From positions 1 to 50,043 of the forward strand of contig MQRK01214337.1 in NCBI GenBank assembly GCA_001938485.1: a DNA stretch of 50,043 nucleotides, in the 5' to 3' direction. Below the pieces are notes generated by a model. That model did no database searches, was not told the origin of the DNA, and saw only the letters and a program-made list of their open reading frames with translations. The translations under genes and the position numbers were made by a program. This document shows positions 1-11,884 of the stretch, piece after piece; position 1 is the stretch's first letter, and each line of letters opens with the position of its first letter. This DNA comes from Girardia tigrina. Its lineage: Eukaryota.

Positions 1-188
1 CCACTGCTACCACTGCCGTTGCTAGTGGCAACCCCGTCGATGAGTCCACCCCATCTTCTGTCGCTAAGACTGCAATTCTCCCCCCCGTGTCGACCTTACC
101 GAAAGAAAAGCGCCGAGAAGAACTGTTGAAGCAATTGAAAGCGGTCGAAGATGCAATCGCAAAGAAAAAGGCGAAAATCGATAAATAA
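1..188 (+). CDS. ZC3H18: 3' end (partial last exon) of zinc finger CCCH domain-containing protein 18 orthologue
   Basis: Manual translation from base 3: TATTAVASGNPVDESTPSSVAKTAILPPVSTLPKEKRREELLKQLKAVEDAIAKKKAKIDK*, TAA at 186-188. RREELLKQLKAVEDAIA(R/K)K(R/K)AKI matches the recalled ZC3H18 C-terminal helix. An AT-rich 3'UTR-like tract with AATAAA (371-376) follows. Not in the ORF track. Confidence 0.85.
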   Translation, partial: TATTAVASGNPVDESTPSSVAKTAILPPVSTLPKEKRREELLKQLKAVEDAIAKKKAKIDK

Positions 189-1637
189 TTATAAAATTAT
201 TAATTATTATAAATTGTAAAAAGTTTCACTTTTAAATCAAACATTCGTTCTTATTCTTATTCTTCTAATTATTATTATTATTACTAAATGTGTGTATATG
301 TGTGTGTGTTTGGAATATTTATTGTGTTGTGAATTTTTCCGATAGATTTTTTTTTATTAAAGAAAAACGTAATAAAATACATTTAATGAAATTGTTTTTA
401 TTTTTTTCGAAAATATTTATTCGTATAATATATAACAATTTGATGTAAAGTTTACAATTAATTGATGCGCTATTTCATGTTTGGGTCGTTGTTGTTGTTG
501 ATGAAAAAAATGTTTTATTGGAAATAATCATCGTTCAGATTGTATTAAAATGAAATTGTAAAAGAAAATAATAAAGACGATTTAGATTTATATTTTAAAT
601 ATATACATATATTAACGCTTTTAGAGGTGATTGTTGTTTAAATGAATGTGGTTAATGAAACGTTATGAGTTATCGTTGATGTTGCGGTTGAATTGGAGTT
701 TTGGTGCACTGTATTTTATTTGAACACAATAAAGATCTACAAAATGTTTTGGACTTTTTTAGAGATGATATTGATTCAAAATTATTATTTTTATTTATTA
801 TCAACAGTACAATTTTACATTTTTTATCAAACTTATGCACAAAGAAGCCATAATAATTCGCACCATGTTTCATTCTGTATATGACGTCTTGTGTTTTGTC
901 TATTTTATGAATAAAACTTCAATCACGAACTATTAAAATATGTAAAATAGTCAATATTAGTCAATATAGAAATCGACATAAAGATAAAAGACTGGTAACA
1001 AATCAAAACACAATGGAAATATTTAATGAACATGTTTATTAATTGAAAAATTTGTCATTGTCTCTAAATAAGGTAAATTATCATTTTCATCTGAATAGTT
1101 TTGATGATGAAAGTGACTTTTTAATTTGAGCTTCATATTGACTTGATTTAACTTAGTAATCTTTGTCAAGCGACTTCAAAACGCTCGAAGACTATATTGA
1201 AATAGATTATGAAACCCTTCACAAGAATTCCTTGTCTTACGATATCCATCAGCAGCTGCGTCATGACGATTACATAATCGGATAGTTCTTCACTATAATT
1301 TATAAATAAGTAATCCAGGCCTGACTGGTATCTTTCATTATCAAGGAACGTACTTAGGACAGGAGTCATGATTAAATCCATTACATGTTATAAATCCATT
1401 ATAACTTTTCTAATCTTAAGGTTTCTGAAATAAAGCAAAATATATGTAATGTACAAAATATCCTTTTTGACTGCATGATATTTCCGTTTTTCAATTTATT
1501 CATGTTTAATAAATTAAAAATCTGTCAGCAAGAAGATATATTATGTAACTGTTTTATTGATTTTTATCTTATTTATTTTTATCTCTCCTGTTCCCTCATC
1601 AGAAATCTTTACTCTGATTGTTCCTTGCAACGATTGG

Positions 1638-2003
1638 TCTACTGAAAGCATTTAAATTAAAAGTGGATTTCGTTAGGGATGCCCCTTTCCTATGTTGTTA
1701 TTTAGTGTGGGGATTGATCAATTTCTATCTAACCTCGAAAACATTGAGCACTTTGGTATCAAAACAGACGGGAAAAATCATTTGTCTAGTTTAGGCTGCG
1801 ATCTCTATTTAGTGGCCCCAGATCATGCCAACTAACAAGAAATGTTGTCTGTCATATACGAATTAGTTTCTTGAACCTTTAAGAAGTTCAATCCTGGCAA
1901 ATGCTGTTATCTTTCAGTACCCAAAATCGACAAAACTATTTCCAAAAATGGGGAAAACATTCCAAAAGTAAAGGAAGGCTACCGCTATCTGGGGGTTGGT
2001 TTT
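1638..2003 (+). mobile_element. Degenerate non-LTR retrotransposon reverse transcriptase fragment (R2/NeSL-like)
   Basis: Single-frame translation with stops: IKSGFR*GCPFPMLLFSVGIDQFL...LSSLGCDLYLVA...KKFNPGKC...YRYLGV. These are RT motifs GxRQGCPLS, a decayed YADD, FNPxKC and YxYLG. Confidence 0.75.
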
Positions 2004-2583
2004 AAGAATTTGCATATGTTACGATCCCAATTTTACCGATTACCACTCGAAGAGAAACCCCTTCGGAACCCACACCCCGTACGCCAGAGACTTTTAAAGA
2101 AGATTGTGAGGACAGTCTAGCTCGACTGTCCTCGGTTAGTTTTAAATTGGCCCGAGCGCGTTGGAGCGAAGGATAGGCGATTGTGTCCCCCTGAGCCCTT
2201 CCGAGACCTCATACGACCGCGCGAAATTCCTCGAAACCTTCTGAAAATAAAAATAGAAAATTAATAAGTTTAATTAAGTTAATTAAAAATTTTACCAAAA
2301 TGATTGATAACCGTATTGCGAAATTCCGTTTGATGGGCGGCGGAGTCCTCCTCCGACGGAGTTATCCAGGAATGATTTAGTGCTCTGATAAACATTGCCG
2401 ATGACTCCAGTGGGTGGCCTATCCACAGATATCCTGAATGTACAACCGTTATATGAATGTTTATAACATAAAATAAATCTCACGATCGCGCGCATCCTGA
2501 ACACTTTATTTAGATTTCGCAATGCAGTTTTCGGTTGTGCAGTTGCGAATCGCAGATATCGACGAACCGAGATGAGATAGTCC

Positions 2584-5500
2584 TTGTTTATTCTATCCTC
2601 CCCTACCTCGTCTCGTTACGTCAATAAAAAGGCATGCATCAATGTTCACAATGAAGACAATATGTGCTTCAAGTATGCTATGCTGTCAAAATTCGTAGAG
2701 GATCAAAATCATGCATCACGAGTATGGATATACAACAATCTGCAGCACATATATGACTTCAACTGTATAAAATACCTACCAAGCTTTGAAGAAGTCACTA
2801 AATTTGGAAGCCACAACAATGTATCAATCAACATATTTGGATTGGAGAATGAAAAATTTTATCCCTTACTTGTATGTAAGGAAGAATTGGAAGATCATTC
2901 TCCTGCTAGATGATGGAGAAAAGAGACACTTCGTCTGGATCAAAAAATTTGAGCGCCTTCTGAGATACAAAATATCGAAACATCATAGAAGTATCGAGAT
3001 TTGTAAACGATGCTTTACACATTTCAATAGAGATGATGCAGCAAACAAGTTTGAAGAGCATAAGGCCTATTGCAATAACAATCATTGTATCAGAGCGGAA
3101 TTTCCCAAGGAAGATTATATCGAAGTCAAAGAATATGAAAAGATGCAGAAAGTTCCCATTATCATATATTGTGACTTTGAAGCTATTCTAAGCCCAAAAA
3201 AAACATGCAATCCGGATCTACAACTTAGCAGTACGACAGCGTACCAGTATCATGAGCTATCATCATACTGTATGTATGCATTGGGTATTGACAAGGAGCC
3301 ATTCCTATACCGAGGTCCAGATGCAGCAGAACATTTTATGCAACGTATGGAGACTTATGCCAACACAATTGAAGACATGTTGCAGCAACACAAGTTCAAC
3401 ATGATAATGACATGGCAAGAAAAATGTGAATGGAACAAGGCAACACAATGCTACTTGTGTGAAAAACCATTCACAAAAGAAAATAACGAAGTCAAAGACC
3501 ATTGTCATTTTACTGGAAAATATCGAGGAGCAGCATGCAATAACTGTAATTTGCGATGTAAAACATCTACAAATGTTCCTGTTGTTTTCCACAATCTTAG
3601 TGGATATGACTCCCATTTCATAGTAAGAGAATTGGGAAAAATCAAATGGAACATAGATGTTATTCCAAATAGTGAGGAAAAATACATCACATTTACCAAG
3701 AATGTGGGAAGAATTAAGCTCTGATTCATCGATAGTTTCCGGTTCATGTCATCATCGCTGGATAGCCTCGTCAAGAATCTTCCAGCAGATGAACTAAAGG
3801 AAACTAAAAAGTTCTTCCCAAATACATTTGATTTGGTCAAAAGGAAAGGAGTATTCCCATATGACTATATAACATCATGGAGATCGCTGGATGAAACAAC
3901 ATTGCCAGCAAAAGAGACATTTTACAACAAATTGAACGACACCGACATTAGTGATACTGATTATCAACATGCACAAAATATCTGGCACGCTTTCAAATGT
4001 CAAACACTTGGGGAATATAGTGATGTATACCTCAAAACAGATGTGCTGCTTCTTACGGATGTCTTTGAGAGCTTTCGAGATGTTACACTTAAAAGCCACA
4101 AGTTGGATTCAGCTCATTTCTTTACATCACCAGGAATGAGTTGGACAGCAATGTTGAAATATACAGGGATAAGGCTTCAAATCCTGAAAGATTACGACAT
4201 GATCCTCATGCTGGAAAAAGGAATCCGAGGTGGAATCTGTCAGTCTATTCATCGGTATGGTGAGGCAAACAACAAATACATGAAAAATTATGATCCATCC
4301 AAGGCATCCTCATACATAACATACTTGGATGCCAACAATCTGTATTGATGGGCAATGAGTGCTCCATTACCCTTTGATAATTTTAAATGGGTGGATCAAC
4401 CAGAAGAAATACGAATAGAAAAACTGGATCCTAATGGAGATGTGGGTTACATATTGGAAGTGGATGTTCAAGACATGAGCAGCTGCCTTTTCTGCCTGAA
4501 AACAAATGTCCACCAAATGGAAAACATAAGAAGCTGCTCTGTCACTTGGAAAATAAACAAAAATATGTAGTCCATTACATAAATCTCCAACCAGCTATAA
4601 GAAGTGGTCTCATAGTCACAAAGATCCACCGGGCTCTTCAGTTTAGTCAATCAAAATGGCTTAAGCCATATATTGACTTTAACACTAATCTGAGGACCAA
4701 TGCCAAAAACGACTTTGAAAAGGATCAGTTCAAATTGTACAATAACAGTGTTTTTGGTAAAACGATGGAGAATATCCGCAACAGAATCAACCTCGAGCTG
4801 GTATGTGATTGGAAGCGGGCAAATAAACTCATTGCCAAATCAAATTTCCACAGCAGCATCATATACACTGAAAATCTGGTGAGTATACATATGCTGAAGA
4901 CATCACTGATGTTTAATAAGCCGATATATGTTGGGATGTCAATTCTGGATCTATCCAAGACCTTGATGTACGACTTCCACTATGACATCATGGTCAACCA
5001 CAATTTACAGCTAATGTATATGGATACTGATAGCTTTGTCTATCAGATTCATACAGAAGATCTATTTGCGGAGTTTTTTTAAATGGCTCAACACATAAGC
5101 GTCCGCAGAAAAAAATCCAGGGGGGGCAAAAATAAAAACAGTAAATTAACAAATATTTTTAGAATGTTTTTTAATGATATAGAACAGGCATAGAAATATA
5201 AAAATAGTATTATACAAAATCAATTTTTTAAGTAATAAATTTTAAATAATGAATATACAATATCTTTATTATATTACAATGTATTATTACAATTTATCAT
5301 TCAGCAAGTAAAAATTGCATTCGTCTTTTATCACTGCCAAATTTCTTTATTATATTTTCAATAAACTTTGTTTTGTTTGTTTCGTCTTGAATTTTCTTTC
5401 GGTGCAAGCTCATCATATATAAACCGGAAAATCATGATTCTGATATTGTAGCTTTTAGCCATGTTTTAACACGTCTCAATGTGTTTAAACTTCGTTCAAT

Positions 5501-8436
5501 CATACAAGTCGTAACTGGTAAACTCAAAGCGAAGGTTTTAATTGTTTTGACTGATGGAAAATAGTCACAATGTTCAAGAACGTTTTTTGAAGTTGATGGA
5601 AAATGTCTTGATTGAGAACAAATTGTCCATTTTTCGTACCAAGTTGTAGCTTCGATTTGTAAATTTATCATATTGTATTGTGCACCAAGTTTTTTTGCGT
5701 TTTCTAAAAATGTCGTTTTATCTAATTTTATAATACATTTTGGATGAAATTGAAAAATTGAAATTATGGTTTGGTTATCTTTTGAAAATCTTGACTTTAA
5801 AGAAGATATTAAAGAATCCAAATATGGTATAAATATTGATTGTCGAAAGTATATTTCAGGAGTGTTTCCTGTACAATTATATCTATATTGTTGCTTGGAA
5901 CAACGCCTGGGTATTTCAATATTGATGAATAATTTTGCAGCCAAATCGAATGATTTTTTAACAATCTCTTGAAATTTTTCGTCAGAGTTTTCTCGATGCA
6001 ATAAAAATATATTAATTAAATCCTGAACGTGTTAATGAGCAACTTGTAAATCTAATTGTACAGACTGAAGAGTGTGGGTTACTGGTTCCAAAATGGCTGA
6101 ATATTTGGCTATTATTTTTAAACAAACGATAAACATTCCATTACTAGTCGCCGTTAATAAACGATGAGCTTCTTGGCTTGTTGAACCAGTCCAATTCGTT
6201 GACATTTCCTCTAGTTTATTAAAAATAAGCCCAAAATGTTTTGAGAAAATGGAAATACTTTGATATTTTGATGTCCATCTTGTTTCTGATAGAAAAGGAA
6301 TTGTGGGAATAGTAGCTCTACGTTTTGGATTCTCTAATAAATGTTATTACCGATTTTACTATTCCAATTTTTGACGGACTTCTGTGACAATGTTCAAATC
6401 ATTAACAACTAGATTTAATCTATGAGAAGCACAAAGTACATAAGTAGCATTTGGATATCTATTTTTGATTTGCGCCTGAACACCAGCTTCATTTCCGTCC
6501 ATAGTTGCACAAACATCGTATCCTTGTCCAACCAATTTACTCATATCCAAACCATATTCCACACACTTGTTAAGAATTGCAGAACTGATGCTTTTAGCAT
6601 CCATTTCGAAAATCTTCACAAAGCCAACAAATTCTTCACGAATGTTTTTAGCTTCATCAAAAAATCGAACACCAAGTGAAAGCTGTTCTAACCCTGCAAT
6701 ATCAGCTGTTTCATAAGCTAAAATTGAAAACCCAATTGATTTATTGACTTCTGAAATGATGGAATCTCTCCATTCCAATTCACAAAATTCAATTACTTGA
6801 TGTTCAGTTCTCACAGATGTATATCGTGCGTTTGCAGGTGCTGTGGTCAAATGTTTTTGTAATGTAACATCACCAGCTTCAATTCGAAATCGAAATAAAT
6901 CCTTTAAATTCCCTTNNNNNNNNNNNNNNNNNNNNNNNNNNNNNNNNNNNNNNNNNNNNNNNNNNTAACATCACCAGCTTCAATTCGAAATCGAAATAAA
7001 TCCTTTAAATTCCCTTCATTGCTATGTTTTCCCAACAAGGGTAAGTCATGAGTAGCACAAAATATAATCGAAGACAAAATTGAAACTAGTTTTATTCGAT
7101 TCGATTTTATAGTCGCCTGTGCTGCAGAATCAATTTGACTAATTATATCTTTCTCGGGATATTTGTTAACGGTAATAAAATTTTGCGCATCAATAGTTGC
7201 TTCTNNNNNNNNNNNNNNNNNNNNNNNNNNNNNNNNNNNNNNNNNNNNNNNNNNNNNNNNNNNNNNNNNNNNNNNNNNNNNNNNNNNNNNNNNNNNNNNN
7301 NNNNNNNNNNNNNNNNNNNNNNNNNNNNAAATGCACTTTTTTAATTATTAAATAACACAACCATGGTGAATATTCTTCTATCCAAGGAAATCGAAAAGCC
7401 CTTTTCCCAGTTGAATCTTTTTTAAATTGTATTCTTTTTTAGGAACTATTATGTTTAGGAGAATCTTTAATTTTAAATCAAATGAAATAGAAGAAACACT
7501 GATATGTGCACCAATATCGTACATATTTTCATTTGTGTTTTCTTGTGTAGTTGATTCTTCTATTCGATCATTCACAGGATAAGTAATTTCTGCATGGTCA
7601 CTAAATTCAGTATATGGTATAGATTCAGGTTCACTTAGAGTCTGTATTTTCTGCTTTTTATTTTCGGGCTTGTCACAGGATAAATATTTTCTTATATCCA
7701 TTCTAAAAGGAGAGGAATAATACGATTAAAAATTTTTACCAAAGTAATTTTATATAAATCATGATTCATGAATAAAGTGTTTACAATTTCAATTTTCTAA
7801 TTTAGAAATTCTAATAATATTTAAGGCTCGACTTCCGTTTTGCCACCTAATTTCAAAATATTATTATTAAAAAAAATTCAACTAAAAGCCTTTTACTTAG
7901 ATTTTAGACTAAAATAACTTTTTTTCTGAGACTATGGGAGATCGACATAGTACAATTAAAATGATAAATTATTCAAGTTTCCAGGGGGGGGGGCAACTGC
8001 CCTCTTTGCCCCCCCCCTGGGGACGTCCACGACTCAACATATGGATACCTCAGATTATCCAAAGGACCATCCAAATTATTCAACATTAAATAAAAAGGTT
8101 CTTGGGAAATTTAAGGATGAAGTCAATGGTCAAATCATCTCTAGATTAGTGGCACTACGATCTAAGATGTATGCCATTGATGTGGATGGTAAGATCAAAA
8201 AGAGGGCAAAGGTAAATCAACGGGCAACGTTAGCAAACCAAATCGGATTCCATGATTATATGACACTGCTGCATGAACAAATCAATATAATTTCTGAAAT
8301 GCGAATGATCCAATAAAGAGAACATCAAGTCTCCACAGTAATGATGCGGAAGAAAAGTCTGGACTGGTTTGATGATAAATGACATATTTTGCTAGATGGA
8401 ATAAGTACATTACCTCATGGATATTATCTTTTGTGA
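2584..8436 (+). pseudogene. Polinton/Maverick-type protein-primed family B DNA polymerase (pPolB), pseudogenised and interrupted by a hAT insertion (5094-8031)
   Basis: ORFs 2584-2913, 2786-3724, 3746-4348, 4355-4570, 4546-5082 and 8041-8316 give ExoI CDFEA, ExoII FHNLSGYDSHF, ExoIII YLKTDVLLL, motif A YLDANNLY, motif B KLYNNSVFGK, motif C YMDTDS, DTSDYPKDHP..NKKVLGKFKDE and KMY. The read-through tail is SLDWFDDK*HILLDGISTLPHGY. Stops at 3722, 4346, 5080 and 8314; frameshifts near 2900 and 4470-4545. Confidence 0.9.
5094..8031 (-). mobile_element. hAT DNA transposon (THAP12/ZMYM1-like transposase), degenerate
   Basis: 8-bp TSD GCTCAACA (5086-5093) / ACTCAACA (8032-8039). Imperfect 15-bp TIRs (CATAAGCGTCCGCAG / CTGGGGACGTCCACG) with G/C-run subterminal motifs. 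Minus ORFs 7378-7701, 6359-6850 (ETADIAGLEQLSLGVRF, GQGYD, CASHRLNLV) and 5432-6001 (hAT dimerisation PVTTCMIERSLNTLRRVKTWL). Confidence 0.9.
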
Positions 8437-8660
8437 ATGATATACTTGTAAATATTGTACATATGTTAATAAATGTTTGTTGAAAATACTTGTCTTATAC
8501 TCATCTTTATTCATAAACTTGTAAAAAAAACTTTTGTTATATATAACATATAAAATATAACATATGAAATATATAATATAAAAATATATAAGATATAAAA
8601 TATAACATATAAAATATATAATATAAAAATATATGAGATATAGAATATTCAACTGTACAT

Positions 8661-8726
8661 TACGTTGCCATGATGAATGCAATATGTTGACATGATGGAT
8701 GCAATACGTTGACATGATGGATGCAT
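8661..8726. repeat. 22-bp tandem repeat x3
   Basis: TACGTTGCCATGATGAATGCAA / TATGTTGACATGATGGATGCAA / TACGTTGACATGATGGATGCAT. Confidence 0.85.
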
Positions 8727-8871
8727 GACGATATCTCCTTGGATACGGCCATGTTTTGAATGGTTGGCAGGATATTGGCTGATAACATAGTATAATATCA
8801 TAATATAATACATACCTATAATATAATATTTGCATATATAATGTGCATATGTTTGAAAAAGCTCCGCGTAT

Positions 8872-10723
8872 TGATTTTTTCAAAAATCTAAGATCATATT
8901 CTGACTATTCATATATGTGTTACTATACATGTGTTCAAACAGATTTTCAAAATTTTGCTTGCTTCGCCCTTTATACTATATGTATGTTTGGCACCACTTT
9001 ACACTATAATACACTAGCGCGCTCGGCCCGCTTCGCGGCCCTCTCTTGCCGGGGGTTCAATTTTTTTTATATTATAAAAGCCCAAGTCACTCACTGCCTG
9101 CCTCACTGCCTCACTAATGCTGTNNNNNNNNNNNNNNNNNNNNNNNNNNNNNNNNNNNNNNNNNNNNNNNNNNNNNNNNNNNNNNNNNNNNNNNNNNNNN
9201 NNNNNNNNNNNNNNNNNNNNNNNNNNNNNNNNNNNNNNNNNNNNNNNNNNNNNNNNNNNNNNNNNNNNNNNNNNNNNNNNNNNNNNNNNNNNNNNNNNNN
9301 NNNNNNNNNNNNNNNNNNNNNNNNNNNNNNNNNNNNNNNNNNNNNNNNNNNNNNNNNNNNNNNNNNNNNNNNNNNNNNNNNNNNNNNNNNNNNNNNNNNN
9401 NNNNNNNNNNNNNNNNNNNNNNNNNNNNNNNNNNNNNNNNNNNNNNNNNNNNNNNNNNNNNNNNNNNNNNNNNNNNNNNNNNNNNNNNNNNNNNNNNNNN
9501 NNNNNNNNNNNNNNNNNNNNNNNNNNNNNNNNNNNNNNNNNNNNNNNNNNNNNNNNNNNNNNNNNNNNNNNNNNNNNNNNNNNNNNNNNNNNNNNNNNNN
9601 NNNNNNNNNNNNNNNNNNNNNNNNNNNNNNNNNNNNNNNNNNNNNNNNNNNNNNNNNNNNNNNNNNNNNNNNNNNNNNNNNNNNNNNNNNNNNNNNNNNN
9701 NNNNNNNNNNNNNNNNNNNNNNNNNNNNNNNNNNNNNNNNNNNNNNNNNNNNNNNNNNNNNNNNNNNNNNNNNNNNNNNNNNNNNNNNNNNNNNNNNNNN
9801 NNNNNNNNNNNNNNNNNNNNNNNNNNNNNNNNNNNNNNNNNNNNNNNNNNNNNNNNNNNNNNNNNNNNNNNNNNNNNNNNNNNNNNNNNNNNNNNNNNNN
9901 NNNNNNNNNNNNNNNNNNNNNNNNNNNNNNNNNNNNNNNNNNNNNNNNNNNNNNNNNNNNNNNNNNNNNNNNNNNNNNNNNNNNNNNNNNNNAACTTTAT
10001 TTCAAATAACAAATATCAACAAGTCACAAATAATAATAATAATTCAATTCTTTGATGACAGAATACAAATATAATCAATATTTCGTGCGAGTTAACAGAT
10101 TACAGTAAAAAACTGTGAATCTCCCAAACGAACGATGCTTTGATTTAAACTTAAAACTTTTCTATAAACCTTGTTCTCCCATACAGGGTACTACAGGTTT
10201 TATCAACTTTGAAAAGTATAAAGTAAATATTAATAATAACTCTACTTACGAACAATTCTCTTCAGTTAAAATTTCTTGCAAATATTTTTGGGCAAACTAA
10301 AACTGAATTTGATGTTGTTTATATAGTAATTTTNNNCAGCCTTGAAAATTGATGAGATAAAACAAAGAGTAAAATATTTATAATTTTTGATGAAGTAAAA
10401 CAAATACTTATAGTTTTTAATTCCAAGTTTTATTAAACTAAATATTATTTTGTTTGCAATTAATAATTTTATTAAAAGAATTATTTAAAAATTTTCCTTT
10501 ATAAAATTTTATCAAAAGTGTTCACATGTATTTTTTCGGAACCCTAACAACATAACATATCAAAAAAGCACTATGTATAGATTTTTTCGAGAACCTAAGA
10601 TCATATTCCGACTATTTACCTATGGGTTACTATAGTAATACATGTGTTCAGACAGATTTTCGATATTTGGCTTGCTTCGCCATATAAAACCATATGATAG
10701 TTCTGCATCACTTTAAAACTATA
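8872..10723. repeat. Dispersed ~140-bp diverged direct repeat (copies ~8872-9008 and ~10578-10723)
   Basis: Shared blocks CTAAGATCATATTC..ACTATT, GTTACTATA, CATGTGTTCA.ACAGATTTTC, GCTTGCTTCGCC and CACTTTA.ACTATA occur in the same order in both copies. Confidence 0.75.
9014..9123 (-). mobile_element. Helitron-like 3' terminus (minus), followed by a Helitron-like 5' end with CACTGCCT microsatellite (plus) running into the gap
   Basis: Minus strand reads a GC-rich hairpin (plus 9025-9041 GGCCCGC-TTC-GCGGCCC), a short spacer, then CTAG|T (9014-9017), the canonical Helitron end. Downstream TATATTATAAAAG..CACTCACTGCCTGCCTCACTGCCTCACTAATGC resembles non-autonomous Helitron 5' ends. Confidence 0.55.
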
Positions 10724-11001
10724 TTATATTAAAAACATGAATATATTGCACTTTATGCAATTGTGAACTTATTGATTTTGTACACTTGTACTAAGCTTAA
10801 TCAGACTGCACATGTGCAGCCTAGGCAGCCTAGGCTTAGTACAGTATTGATTAGCACATGTGCAGAATTGATTTTTTGCACTTTTTTGTGTAATTTAGAT
10901 GGTTTTTACATGTCTTCGATGATTTCTAAGCTATTTTTCATGGTTTTAGAGATAGCAGTGATGGTTTCTAAGGTGTTTTCGACTATATATCCATATTATA
11001 T

Positions 11002-11085
11002 AACTAATTAATTTCGTATTTTTTTTGTTAAAAAAACCATTTATTTAAGTATAAAAGTGAAAAAAAAATACGAAATTAATTAGTT
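11002..11085. repeat. 25-bp perfect inverted repeat with 34-bp spacer
   Basis: AACTAATTAATTTCGTATTTTTTTT (11002-11026) is the reverse complement of 11061-11085. Confidence 0.85.
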
Positions 11086-11884
11086 GTACACCTAATATTA
11101 AAATGTTATGTATTATGGTTACGGTAACCATGATACTTTGATAAGTTATGGTTAGGCTGATGTACATTAGATGATTATACAGATATTATTTATTATATTG
11201 ATGCATGCTTGAAGTACAATAGGAGTTTTTACATGTAGATTTTACATGTAAAATAAAATGTTATGTATCTTGGTTACTGTAACCATGGTACTTGTGATTG
11301 ATGATGACGTACATTGAGCGATTCATGAAGTATTGTATGATGGTTAATAACACACATATATCATATTAGTTTCATATATATATACGAAAAAATAAATTTT
11401 TGAGCACTTTGTTGATAATTTTAGAAATGTTCGAAAAAATCAATTTATCAGCACTTTTTCGAAAATGTTGACATGGAATCTGAATGTACATATGTGGGTT
11501 ACTATTCAAGTGCATGAGTACTTTTTTGATATTCTGCTTCTTTGTACCTTTAAAATCGATTTGCACTTTGTGTAAATTTACAGATTATGCTAATTTTAGA
11601 GAAAAGTAATCAATATATGAAATTTCTAATTGCACATTCAAATAGAGAATCAAAATGTTCATCAAACACATGATATCGATTTTTGGCACTTGTACTTTTA
11701 AAAATTTTTATGTATTGATTTTTACACTTTTACACATGTGTAATTTGAAAAGCACTGTGCTAGCACAATAGAAATGTGCGGCACAATTTGCACTATCGAT
11801 TAACACTTTAGAAATATCAATTAACACATTTGGGCACTGTGTAGTGATCAATTAGCACTTTTTCTACGGTCCTTAGTTACGGGG

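Noticed and set aside
1166-1381. 71-aa minus ORF with protein-like composition
   Set aside because: No recognisable motif and no supported splice context; possibly a decayed fragment, but unassignable without a search.
6866-7015. 50-bp direct repeat flanking the N gap in the hAT
   Set aside because: Identical sequence on both sides of a gap is most simply an unmerged contig overlap.
8410-8883. 157-aa Tyr/Ile-rich minus ORF
   Set aside because: Derived from AT-rich tandem repeats, with no recognisable domain.
8843-10055. Long ORFs of 312-388 aa (also 7135-7351 and 31397-31795)
   Set aside because: Artefacts of N runs translated as X.
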